Shown: positions 17,072 to 27,044 of the stretch, one piece after another
Numbering within the stretch: position 1 is the first letter of the stretch
How the letters are laid out: every line of letters begins with the position of its first letter
Assembly (NCBI GenBank): GCA_003144275.1
Contig: NJBF01000018.1
Location: 1-32,000 of the forward strand
DNA length: 32,000 bases
Source: Candidatus Heimdallarchaeota archaeon B3_Heim
Lineage (GTDB): Archaea; Asgardarchaeota; Heimdallarchaeia; Hodarchaeales; Hodarchaeaceae
Reading direction: 5' to 3'
The notes under the pieces: generated by a model
What the model saw: the letters and a program-made list of their open reading frames with translations, nothing else
The model's database searches: none
Told to the model about the DNA's origin: nothing
Made by a program: the position numbers and the translations under genes

Positions 17072-20041
17072 CTAAGATCTATCTAATCCGTATGCATCTC
17101 GAAGAATTTGCGTTGGATGGTAAATTTCTTTATCCACATTCAACAATTGTAGTTTACATGTTGGACAATCAGTAACTAACGCATCGATATCTTCCCTCTT
17201 AGCCTCAGGGTACAAAGACCGTTCAGCAATGATCTGCCCATATTTATAATTCTTTGATTTGAATGCCCAACTACCTAACTGACCACAACATTCCGTCTTA
17301 AGAGCTTCAACATCGACTGTACCTAAACTCTGCAACATCTTAAACGATGTACCTTTTTTGCCACTACTTATCAGGTGGCAGGGTTCATGATACCCTAAAC
17401 GAAGACCATTCTTCATGTTACCTTCGAAATCAGTATTAAGTTTGCCTTCATCACGCAATTTAAGTATATAATCGGTGAATAGATACGTATTATCTCTTAC
17501 TAGCTCCGATTCTTCATTCCCGACAAGTGTTTCATGGAGCTCGTCTTTTAGGGTAGCATAACACGAACTACATTGAGTAACAACATCATACCCCTGCTTT
17601 ACATACTCTGCGAATATCTTTGCATTATTTTCCCCTTTCTTCTGTGCAACATGCCCGAGACCATTCGAAAGTAAGGGCATTCCACAGCAGTTTTGTTCTT
17701 TGGGCACTACTACTTTGATTCCATTCTTTTCAAGGACTTGAACATGGGCTACTGCTATATCTCTATTTTCTGTGTAATTCGCAAAACACCCATGGAAAAT
17801 TGCGACTTTTTTGGTAGGATTTGTAGGAGCAGGATTTTTCTTTGCATGTTTTGTAAACCATTTTTGGAAAGTATTTCGGGTAAAGTTCGGAAAATTGGCT
17901 TTACGGTGTACACCCCCAAAAATTTGCATCAGGTATTTATTGGGACCCCATAGACCAATATTTGATAGAGGGGAGAATGTACTACCAACTTTAGCAACTG
18001 TTTCGTAATTTCCTGCAAAGTAGTGACCCTTGGGAATTTTTCCAATGAAAGGATATTTAGAACCACCATAATGCATAATCTTTGCATCAAACATGACTTT
18101 GGGAATATTGACTCCTGAGGGACAATCGATGTTACACATCATACATCCTGCACAGTCTTCTAGAACCTGTCTCGCTTCTTTTGTCCGTAATACACTGTAA
18201 TCTAATTGTCCTGAAATAATTCCTCGCATTAGGTTTGCACGTGCTCTGGGAGAAGCAAGTTCGCCAGTGGTTTCCTTTTTTGCTCTATAAATAGGACAAT
18301 CTCTTTGAGGACGAAGATCAACTGTACACTTACCACAGCCATGACATGATTCAATAACTTCCTCAAAACCCCATTTGTCATCCCAAACTAAGTTCTTTTT
18401 TAATCCTTGAATTACCGAATACTCTGCGCCAAATCGTAAGTTGCTAATTAAAAGATCTTCTTTATCAGTAATCTTATTATCGGGATTGAAGGTTACTGCA
18501 GGATCATATAGATTCTTTATTTCCCTGAATTTGCTGTAGACTTCTTCTCCGTACATCTGTTTGATATAATTGACTCGATCAAGTCCATCATTATGCTCGC
18601 CCGATATAGCTCCTCCAATACCGATCACGTATGTATTAACCTCATCCGCGACTTTCTTAATCAGTTCGAGGTCATTTGCATCCTTAGTGTTGACGAAAGG
18701 CCTAGTATGGACAAGCCCCTTGGCAGCATGACCATAAATGGCTGCTTTCAAGCCATATTTTGGAAAAACTTCTTCACGTAAATGAACCATATAATTACCT
18801 AATTGTTCTAGAGGCACAGTTTGATCTTCAACAAATGCCATAATACGACGAGGTTCGCGTACCTTCTGTAATAATGGAACTGCATCTTTTCTCACCTTCC
18901 AAAGGCTTGCTTGCTCTACTGGATCATCAGAAAATCGCATATCTGAAGCTAACTTTTCTTGATCAATGATTAACGCCCTGGATTTCTTGACTTTATCAGC
19001 TCGAACTGCCGGGTCTTCATCATCAAATTCGACATATAGAATGTTGTCTACTCCTTCAGGAATAAACTCCTTCAATGCAGGATTCATCCCCACTGCGATT
19101 TCTAGGACAGATTTACCTAATTGTTCAATAGCTGCAACACCAACTTGATTTACCAATAAATCAACGGCTCTTCCAGATTTAGCTAGAGAATCAAAGTCCA
19201 TGACTATCAAGGTCATCTGTTTAGGTTTTGGAATGAACTTAATTTTTGCCTCAACAACGAGTCCAAGGGTACCTTCTGACCCCAAAAATAATCGCGATAG
19301 ATCAATAATATTATCCTTAATAACATCCTTAAGATTATAACCACTTACATTCATCTTAACCTTGGGCCAATGTTGTGCAATCAGAGATTGCGCGTCAGGA
19401 TTATCTACCATTGCTACTGTTGATTTATACAATTTTGCTTCAAGGGTATCCTTGGAGATAATTTCATTATATTCTTCTGAACCTATCTCCACTGGACGGG
19501 CATGGATCTCTTCACCGTTACTTAGGATTACAATTAATTCTTGAACAAAATCGGCCATATAGCCATATTTGACGGCATGAGCTCCTGATGAATTAGTACC
19601 AATCATTCCCCCAATTGATGCATAATTTTCGGAAGAATTATCTACATATACAATTTTTCCGATTTTCGCCAATTCAGTATTGAGATTTCCACAAATTACT
19701 CCAGGTTGAACAGTGGTGGTATCGTTAGCCGTATCAATGTTAATAATTTCATTCATATATCTGCGAAACGCGAGAATAATTCCAGGACCTAAACATGCTC
19801 CCCCTAATCCCGACCCTGCTCCTCGAGGATGTATAGATATTCCATGCTTATTGGCAAATTTGATTACTGTTTTTACATCTTCTTTGTCCTTCGGATAGAC
19901 AACTGCTGTCGGCATTATCCGATAGACGCTTGCATCCGTGCTATAGAAGTAGCGAGTGATTTCCTCTGCGGAAACATCGCCTTTAATTCTTCCTTTAAGC
20001 TTTTTTTGTACAAATTCAGGTTTTAAATTACTACTACTCAT
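17072..20041 (-). CDS. FAD-binding / Fe-S oxidoreductase (GlcD-GlcF/YdiJ-type 2-hydroxyacid dehydrogenase, e.g. D-lactate)
   Basis: PRGAGSGLGG, SIGGMIGTNSSG, GSEGTLG, GHAAKGLVH and SGEHNDG; two 4Fe-4S motifs (CHGCGKC, CAGCMMCNIDCP); two CCG domains (CCGMP, CCGQLG). Confidence 0.9.
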   Translation of the reverse strand: MSSSNLKPEFVQKKLKGRIKGDVSAEEITRYFYSTDASVYRIMPTAVVYPKDKEDVKTVIKFANKHGISIHPRGAGSGLGGACLGPGIILAFRRYMNEIINIDTANDTTTVQPGVICGNLNTELAKIGKIVYVDNSSENYASIGGMIGTNSSGAHAVKYGYMADFVQELIVILSNGEEIHARPVEIGSEEYNEIISKDTLEAKLYKSTVAMVDNPDAQSLIAQHWPKVKMNVSGYNLKDVIKDNIIDLSRLFLGSEGTLGLVVEAKIKFIPKPKQMTLIVMDFDSLAKSGRAVDLLVNQVGVAAIEQLGKSVLEIAVGMNPALKEFIPEGVDNILYVEFDDEDPAVRADKVKKSRALIIDQEKLASDMRFSDDPVEQASLWKVRKDAVPLLQKVREPRRIMAFVEDQTVPLEQLGNYMVHLREEVFPKYGLKAAIYGHAAKGLVHTRPFVNTKDANDLELIKKVADEVNTYVIGIGGAISGEHNDGLDRVNYIKQMYGEEVYSKFREIKNLYDPAVTFNPDNKITDKEDLLISNLRFGAEYSVIQGLKKNLVWDDKWGFEEVIESCHGCGKCTVDLRPQRDCPIYRAKKETTGELASPRARANLMRGIISGQLDYSVLRTKEARQVLEDCAGCMMCNIDCPSGVNIPKVMFDAKIMHYGGSKYPFIGKIPKGHYFAGNYETVAKVGSTFSPLSNIGLWGPNKYLMQIFGGVHRKANFPNFTRNTFQKWFTKHAKKNPAPTNPTKKVAIFHGCFANYTENRDIAVAHVQVLEKNGIKVVVPKEQNCCGMPLLSNGLGHVAQKKGENNAKIFAEYVKQGYDVVTQCSSCYATLKDELHETLVGNEESELVRDNTYLFTDYILKLRDEGKLNTDFEGNMKNGLRLGYHEPCHLISSGKKGTSFKMLQSLGTVDVEALKTECCGQLGSWAFKSKNYKYGQIIAERSLYPEAKREDIDALVTDCPTCKLQLLNVDKEIYHPTQILRDAYGLDRS

Positions 20042-20610
20042 TTCTAAGACCCAAGATTCTCTTGAAATTGAAGGTAATTAGATTTGGTTAAATTCATCAT
20101 CACATTGTGATTCCACTTATAAAGTCTAGTGGTGCTCTAAGTTAACTTTTCAATTGTGTATTAGAGGGTTAATCAGTATCTCCGTTACTGAATTACTGTT
20201 GATTGGATACAAAATAATTGAATTATAGATTCAAATTTCAACAGAGTCATTCTCCAATTAAGCCTGTAGGTTAATATTTTAAAAAACTTCTGGCTCTGAT
20301 TTCGTTAATCTGAAAAACAATAGAGATTTACAGGTTAACTTGCGAAAATATGTTCACATGAGCATGTATTCATGCGATTATCGTGTATTAAAACTAAAAA
20401 ATGCAGAAAAAAAATAAACTATGATTCACATCATTGCTTAAAGTCTAGTCTTTTTCAGGAAAGGTTGCTAACCCAAGATGAATAAGACTATCTGAAAGAT
20501 CGACAGTATTTCACAATACAGAAAAAATATAAAGAAATAATCATTTAAATCGTTGATACTAAAAATTTCACACCTTATCTACCACTATCACTATTCAATG
20601 TCAAAGGTGG

Positions 20611-22521
20611 ATGCACACGTACCAACCAATAGATTCAAATGAACCCACTTATACTACGCCTAATGTTGCCCTTTCACGCATTAAACCAGGTGACAGAATA
20701 TTCATAGGTACAGGTTGTGCAGAGCCTAGACTTCTTTTGTTACACTTACATCAGATGGAGATTCAAACCGAGGATAACGAAATCTATCATGTTATTTCTT
20801 ATGGACCTGCTCCTTACGTGAAAGAACAGTATGCTAAGCGGTTTAGATATAATAGTATTTTTATCACTCGTAATATCCGTCAAGCTGTACGAGGGGGAAG
20901 AGCTGATTACACACCTGTATCTTCACAAAAAGTACCAGATCTTTTTAGAAAAAAACTTCTTCCTATCGACGTTGCTTTGATTCAAACATCTGTTCCTGAT
21001 AAATCGGGTTATGTCAGCTTAGGAATTAGTGTTGATCTTACAAAGGCTGCAGTCGAAAACGCTGAAATAGTAATTGCTGAAGTTAATCCTGAAATGCCTG
21101 TTACACATGGAAATAGTTTGGTTCACATATCTGATATCGATTATTTGGTTCAGAATAACAGTCCCTTAACAGAATGGAAAGCACCTGCTCTAACGCCTCA
21201 AATCGAGCGAGTCGCACGAAACGTTTCAACTTTGATCGATGACGAGTCAACCCTGCAAATTGGTGTTGGTAACGTCACAAATGCGATGGCTAAATATTTA
21301 TGTGACAAAAAGGATCTTGGAATTCATTCAGAACTCATAACCGATTCTGTCTTGGAGTTATTAGATTGTGGTGTGGTAACAAATTCTAAAAAAACTATTC
21401 ACACTGGAAAAACAGTCGCAGCTTTTTGCATGGGGACTCAACGCTTATACTCGACTATTAATGATAACCCAGATTTTCATTTTTATCCTTCTGATTATGT
21501 ATTGGATCCGAATGTTGTTGCCAAAAATCATAAGATGGTTACAATCAATTCTGCGATAGAAATCGATCTAACAGGACAAGTAGCTGCTGATAGTTTGGGC
21601 ACATCCCTGTATAGTGGTATTGGCGGAGCAGTTGATCTACATCGTGGAGCTCAATTATCTCCTGGTGGAAAAACAATCATTGCCCTACCTTCAACTTCAA
21701 GTGATGGTAAACATTCTCGCATTGTCTCTCATTTGTGTCCAGGAGCAGGAGTTGCAATAACAAGGGCAGATATTGAGTATGTAGTAACTGAATACGGGAT
21801 TGCTTACCTACATGGTGCTTCTCTTCGTGAACGAGTACTTTCTATGATTGAATTAGCACATCCTGATTTCCGTGAAGAGTTATTTATGAGAGCAAAAGAC
21901 CTCAATTATATGTATCAAGATCAAATTTACAGTGATCCCTCAAAACATCTCATGTATCCTATGGAAGTTCAGGAACACTTCACGTTGAGAGATGATGGGC
22001 CAGCTGTGCGTATTCGTCCAATTCTTGCCAGTGATGAAGATAAACTAAGACGATTTTTCTATTCTGTCTCAGAGAAGAGTAGATATTCACGATATTTTAG
22101 TGCTATTAGGGCCTTACCCCATAGCTTAGCACAGAAAGAAGCAAACATAAATTTTAGTCAAGATATGGGAATAGCTGCTTTTTTAGGACCAATCTCAAAA
22201 GAGAAAATAATAGGAACAGGTCACTTCTTTATCCTACATGATTTTAAAACGGCTGAAATTTCATTATTAGTCCATGAGGATTACCGTAATAAAGGTCTTG
22301 CTAGAGAATTCCTTCGCTTCTTAACTGAACGAGCATTAGAATTGAATATTACACGATTCATTACAGAAACCATAATGGGTAATGCAGCAGCAATTCACCT
22401 GCTAAAAGACTTTGCAGCTAGTGGGCTAGCAACTAATGCATCAATGGAAAGTGAGGGGGGAGTTATTATACTAACATGGGAGTTTACAGAAGAATCATTT
22501 TATAGTCAAAATCCACGCTAG
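20611..22521 (+). CDS. Acetyl-CoA hydrolase / 4-hydroxybutyrate CoA-transferase family protein fused to a C-terminal GNAT domain
   Basis: TLQIGVG, DLGIHSE (catalytic Glu), INSAIEIDLTGQV, SGIGGAVD and VVTEYGIAYLHG. The GNAT part has VRIRPILASDE, SRYSRYF and VHEDYRNKGLA. Confidence 0.92.
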   Translation: MHTYQPIDSNEPTYTTPNVALSRIKPGDRIFIGTGCAEPRLLLLHLHQMEIQTEDNEIYHVISYGPAPYVKEQYAKRFRYNSIFITRNIRQAVRGGRADYTPVSSQKVPDLFRKKLLPIDVALIQTSVPDKSGYVSLGISVDLTKAAVENAEIVIAEVNPEMPVTHGNSLVHISDIDYLVQNNSPLTEWKAPALTPQIERVARNVSTLIDDESTLQIGVGNVTNAMAKYLCDKKDLGIHSELITDSVLELLDCGVVTNSKKTIHTGKTVAAFCMGTQRLYSTINDNPDFHFYPSDYVLDPNVVAKNHKMVTINSAIEIDLTGQVAADSLGTSLYSGIGGAVDLHRGAQLSPGGKTIIALPSTSSDGKHSRIVSHLCPGAGVAITRADIEYVVTEYGIAYLHGASLRERVLSMIELAHPDFREELFMRAKDLNYMYQDQIYSDPSKHLMYPMEVQEHFTLRDDGPAVRIRPILASDEDKLRRFFYSVSEKSRYSRYFSAIRALPHSLAQKEANINFSQDMGIAAFLGPISKEKIIGTGHFFILHDFKTAEISLLVHEDYRNKGLAREFLRFLTERALELNITRFITETIMGNAAAIHLLKDFAASGLATNASMESEGGVIILTWEFTEESFYSQNPR

Positions 22522-22698
22522 CAAATAAGGCTCAAGTTAGGACAGTTAATGCACTTATTTAACGATTAGCATATCGGAGCTCATAATGACGTAAAGACTT
22601 CTTAATGCCGATTTTTAATGTTTTATGATTAATGTCAGTAGAGGAGGTAACTTGTAGCAGGAAAATATCAAAAATTTCTCTGGTTTGTTGAATTCTAT

Positions 22699-22914
22699 CT
22701 ACAGGGAACTAGTGGCATCTTTTTCCGTATCGGAGTGTGTCATACCATGGACCTTCTGCCATTCACGGAGTGATTTCCAGAGAAAGCGTTTAACTACCAA
22801 TACTGTAAGGCCTGTTTCACCTGAGATTATGTCTGCAAAGTCTTCTATAATTTTCTTCTGTTCTGAGTCAACTTCAATTTTCTCTAAAGGAGATTTCGAC
22901 AAGGCTTGTAACAC
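22699..22914 (-). pseudogene. Short helical ORF, possibly a frameshifted gene fragment
   Basis: 71 aa from a GTG, with protein-like composition (FADIISGETGLTVLVVKRFLWKSLREWQ). A shifted frame at the stop continues as PVDRIQQTREIFDIF. Confidence 0.3.
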
Positions 22915-22956
22915 GAAAGATTGGTTCTTTATATTTCTTCTTCAAGTCCTGTCTCT

Positions 22957-24318
22957 TTAAGATTGCTCTGCGATATTTGTTAACATGAGTTTAATGACTT
23001 CCTTTCCCCCGACAAGATTTTTTATTCGAATTCGTTCATTCTGTCCATGGGCTCCATCAGAAGGTTGGCCAATTCCGATACCAATAGCTGGTGCATTAAA
23101 TGTACTTTCCATAAATGGAATGATAGGAATAGAGCCTCCTGATCTGGCAAAAGATGGTTCTATCTTCCAATATTGTTTGAGAGCCACTTTTCCTGAAGTA
23201 AATAGAAAATTATTTACATTTCCTAGCCACCAATCCCCGCTACCTAAAGGAGTAATTGTTAATTGATTGGGAGAGTGTAATTTCTTGAATTCGGCCTCGA
23301 CAAACTTCGTAAATAATTTTGTTATTTCTTCAGGTTCTTGATCTGGAACTAATCGCATACTTACTTTACCAATTACTTTTCCAGGGACAACAGTTTTTCC
23401 TCCTGCTCCACTAAATGCGCCTTCAATACCGTGAATAGACAAACAAGGGTTACGCCACATGTTCATTAGGGTTGTTGTAGAATCTTCTACTAAAACTTTA
23501 GAAATCCCAATGGAATCCTTGTATTCTTGTAAAGAAAACTCTAAGTTCTCATATAACTTTGTTTCTTCATCAGTTAGAGGCTTAACCTTATCATAAAATC
23601 CGTCTACTAGTACCTTTCCTTCTAAGTCGACAAAACGTGACATTAAGTAGATTAAATCTATTAAAGGTTCTCGAATAGTACCTCCGACCATACCTGAATG
23701 TTGATCACTCGATGGTCCTTCTATTTCAACACCAAGATAGGTAATACCTCTGAATCCATAATCTAGAGATGGTTGTCCATCAGTGAACCAGGAAGTATCC
23801 AGGATCATTATTCCATCAACCTGTCCAAAATAGTCTTTATTCCTCAGGACGGTTTCTTCGAATCCCCCTGACGAACTCTCTTCTTCCCCTTCATATAAAA
23901 TTCGTAAATTTACTGGTAAACTACCATGATCCTTAACTAGCTCTTTAATTGCAAATATAGTAGCCACAATCGGACCTTTATCATCATCTGTACCTCTGCC
24001 ATAAACATATCCATCCTCTTTTTCCGTCAAGATAAATGGATCAGTATCCCACCCATCAGCAATTTCAGCAGGTTGAACATCATAATGAGAATAAAATAAG
24101 ATTGTTTTCTTTTCAGGATCTTCCCCTAGTTTCCCAAAAACGAGAGGATTCTTACCCTTAGTTTCGTTTTCCATAAGATCCGCATGAACCCCAATTATCT
24201 CTAGATTCGATTTGATATACTCTGCGGTCTTTCGGGAATTTTCTGCTTGGCTCGTATCAGAACTAACAGATTTAAACGCAATTAATTGTCTTAAAAAATC
24301 AAGAATGTCGTCATTCAT
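22957..24318 (-). CDS. M20 family metallo-dipeptidase (CNDP2/Dug1-like)
   Basis: Metal-binding motifs HYDVQPA, YGRGTDDDKGP, EGEEESSS and AHGQNERI, plus DQHSGMVGG and PCLSIHGIEG. Confidence 0.9.
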   Translation of the reverse strand: MNDDILDFLRQLIAFKSVSSDTSQAENSRKTAEYIKSNLEIIGVHADLMENETKGKNPLVFGKLGEDPEKKTILFYSHYDVQPAEIADGWDTDPFILTEKEDGYVYGRGTDDDKGPIVATIFAIKELVKDHGSLPVNLRILYEGEEESSSGGFEETVLRNKDYFGQVDGIMILDTSWFTDGQPSLDYGFRGITYLGVEIEGPSSDQHSGMVGGTIREPLIDLIYLMSRFVDLEGKVLVDGFYDKVKPLTDEETKLYENLEFSLQEYKDSIGISKVLVEDSTTTLMNMWRNPCLSIHGIEGAFSGAGGKTVVPGKVIGKVSMRLVPDQEPEEITKLFTKFVEAEFKKLHSPNQLTITPLGSGDWWLGNVNNFLFTSGKVALKQYWKIEPSFARSGGSIPIIPFMESTFNAPAIGIGIGQPSDGAHGQNERIRIKNLVGGKEVIKLMLTNIAEQS

Positions 24319-24438
24319 AGGTGAAACCTCTTGAAATCCTGTGAATAAAAAAATAATTATGAATTTTTGGATTTAAAAAAGGATATTGATAATGATCTCA
24401 AGAAAGATGGAAAGCTAAAAAAAAAAGGGGGAAGAGAA

Positions 24439-26268
24439 TTATTTTCTTCTGGTAACAATACCGTCTTCCATAAGAATTTGTCTTTGAGCGTAAGCGGCAA
24501 CATCTTCCTCATGGGTGATAACAACGACTGTAGTTCCTGTTTCCTCATGAAACTTTTTCAAAAGATCCATAACTTGCTTTCCTGTACCACTATCAAGATC
24601 TCCAGTTGGTTCATCAGCAAAAATAATAGTAGGTTGATTTGTAAGAGCACGTGCAATTGCAACTCTTTGCATTTGGCCTCCACTAAGTTGGGCAGGAAAT
24701 TGTTTCGCTTGCTGATCAATGCCTACTCCTTTCAGAAGATCTTCAATTCGTTTTTTCAACTTTTTATTTAAGCTCCCAGCGAGATCAGCAGGTAAAGAAA
24801 CATTTTCGCGGGTATTGAAGTGGGGTAGTAAAGCATAACTTTGAAAAATGAATCCCATCTCACGTAGACGAACATTAGACTTTTTAGAATCATTCATTTT
24901 GTGAAGATCCTTACCTCGAAAGTATACAGCTCCATGATCAGGAGAATCCAGGCTGGCCATACAATTTAAGAGCGTTGTTTTTCCCGCTCCCGAGGACCCA
25001 ACAATCGCCACAAATTCTCCTTCTTTAATGTCAAGATTGACTCCTCTTATGGCATAGACGGTATTACGACCAAGATTATAGTTCTTAAAGAGTCCACGTA
25101 CCGCAATGATAGTATCAGCGTCAATTTTTTCTACTGCAGTCTCTTCAACACTTAATAATTGAGCATTAAAACTAAAGAAGGGTAAATCGGAGCCAAAATA
25201 GTCAGACCAGATTTTTAACATTTCTGCTTCAACAAACAAGTCTACACTTATTTCGCTCATGGGTCTTAAGGCTTCTTTAAACTCTTTATTAGACTCAAGG
25301 ACTTCAACTCCGTTAACTCCAACATCAAGGTAATCACGAATGCACAGTTGACATTTTTGAATTAATTCGCTAACCTCGTGCAATTTAGCCTTACCTATGT
25401 TGATTTCTTCTGAAATTCGTGCAATAGTAGCATTAAAATCACCAAAATCACTCTTAAGATTATATTGAGTCAAGGACATTCTTGGAATTTCAAATAGGTT
25501 AAATATTCGATAAATTAAATTTTCTACTTCTTGTAGAGCACTTAATTTTGCTACAAGTATTCGTAAGAATAAATCGAATTTAGATTGTAACTTTTTATTC
25601 TTCGCCGCAAAATGTTGTTTAGACATCTCATCCTCGAGTTTGGCCAGTACATTTTTCATTTCATCCAAGCGTTGAATCGTTGGTTTCAAAAATGTAACAA
25701 AAAAGTTTGCTATCAATAATTGGTCAACAATTCCACCTATATTGATTTGAACATCAGCGGTTGATCCGCAAAAGAGAGGAAAATCAAATCCTGATAAATA
25801 AAATCTGTATTCATTCGCTTCTTCAATATCCCAGAGGGTAATAAAGCTTTTAATACTCAACTCACAGAAAATCCTTGGTAGATCTGTGTTTACTTTTTTT
25901 AATTGATTATCTAGTTTCTTAGGTAGACTACCATCAATTTCCTTGATGAAATTTTTAATAATTTGTGAGGTCTCACGGAGTTCTTGATTATTTTGTAATA
26001 AAGATCTGAATTTTGATTCATTGGTCTTATTGTATGTTTCAAATCGTTTGTATAACACACCTTTCTCAATTTTTTCAACCAATTTAGGATGCATACTACC
26101 ATTAGCGCGTTCCCCTGATAAGAAAATAAATGAATTTAATTCTTGGCTAGAGATGGCGTTTCGATTCACACGTAATATTTTTTTCAAATCAGAAGTCATA
26201 TTCTTACGTAAAGCTGTATTAAGCGTTCTCTGGGGTTTATCAATAAGGGCGGCTGTATATATTTTCAT
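24439..26268 (-). CDS. LolD/MacB-type ABC ATPase with a ~375-aa unknown helical N-terminal extension
   Basis: Walker A GSSGAGKT, Q-loop FIFQ, signature LSGGQ, Walker B IIFADE and H-loop VITH. The start overlaps the upstream stop (TAATG). Confidence 0.88.
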   Translation of the reverse strand: MKIYTAALIDKPQRTLNTALRKNMTSDLKKILRVNRNAISSQELNSFIFLSGERANGSMHPKLVEKIEKGVLYKRFETYNKTNESKFRSLLQNNQELRETSQIIKNFIKEIDGSLPKKLDNQLKKVNTDLPRIFCELSIKSFITLWDIEEANEYRFYLSGFDFPLFCGSTADVQINIGGIVDQLLIANFFVTFLKPTIQRLDEMKNVLAKLEDEMSKQHFAAKNKKLQSKFDLFLRILVAKLSALQEVENLIYRIFNLFEIPRMSLTQYNLKSDFGDFNATIARISEEINIGKAKLHEVSELIQKCQLCIRDYLDVGVNGVEVLESNKEFKEALRPMSEISVDLFVEAEMLKIWSDYFGSDLPFFSFNAQLLSVEETAVEKIDADTIIAVRGLFKNYNLGRNTVYAIRGVNLDIKEGEFVAIVGSSGAGKTTLLNCMASLDSPDHGAVYFRGKDLHKMNDSKKSNVRLREMGFIFQSYALLPHFNTRENVSLPADLAGSLNKKLKKRIEDLLKGVGIDQQAKQFPAQLSGGQMQRVAIARALTNQPTIIFADEPTGDLDSGTGKQVMDLLKKFHEETGTTVVVITHEEDVAAYAQRQILMEDGIVTRRK

Positions 26269-27041
26269 TATTTATCCTCCTCAAATGGGCCCATTTCCAC
26301 ATTGGAAATTTTTCCATCAATCATGTGTACGATATAATCGCATTTTTCTGCAATCCATCGATTATGGGTTACCAATACGAATGTTTGATTATTTAGTTTA
26401 TTAATTCGGCGGAAAAGTGTCATCACTTCAGCGCTTGTAGTACTGTCCAAGTCTCCAGTTGGTTCATCTCCCAAAATAATAGCTGGATCAGTAATCAACG
26501 CCCTTGCGACAGCAACTCGCTGTTGTTGTCCTCCTGAAAGTTCCAAAGGATTGTGATACAAACGATCACCCATTCCAAGATCTCTTAGTAACATTTTGGC
26601 TTGTTCTCGTGCAACACCAGAATTGTACCCTTTCAGTAGTAAAGGAGTTTCCACATTTTCCACTGCACTTAGGAAAGGAAAGAGATTAAAGAGTTGGAAA
26701 ATGAATCCAATATTATCCCGACGAAATGCAGTCATTTTCCCGTCTGATAACTTATTGGCATCTATAGTAGAAATATGGATTTCTCCTCCAGAATTTTGAT
26801 CTAGATGTCCAATCATATTGAGTAATGTAGTTTTACCACATCCTGAAGGACCCATAATTGCCATCATTGCACCTTTCTTAACCTCAAGATCGATACCTCT
26901 GAGTGCATGGACTTCGTTTGATTTACCTTCATTATATCGTTTATGAAGGCCTTTAATCAGTAAAATATTCTCGGACTCATTTGGTTGAGACATTTGGGGA
27001 GTTTCCATTTTTATTGCTTCGTTTTGCGACATTTTTTTCAC
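26268..27041 (-). CDS. LolD/MacB-type ABC ATPase
   Basis: [35 protein letters not shown] and LVTH. Confidence 0.95.
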   Translation of the reverse strand: MKKMSQNEAIKMETPQMSQPNESENILLIKGLHKRYNEGKSNEVHALRGIDLEVKKGAMMAIMGPSGCGKTTLLNMIGHLDQNSGGEIHISTIDANKLSDGKMTAFRRDNIGFIFQLFNLFPFLSAVENVETPLLLKGYNSGVAREQAKMLLRDLGMGDRLYHNPLELSGGQQQRVAVARALITDPAIILGDEPTGDLDSTTSAEVMTLFRRINKLNNQTFVLVTHNRWIAEKCDYIVHMIDGKISNVEMGPFEEDK

Positions 27042-27044
27042 CCT

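Noticed and set aside
20362-20375. GCATG-N4-CATGC inverted repeat in the divergent promoter region
   Set aside because: A single 5-bp arm with no second copy noticed.
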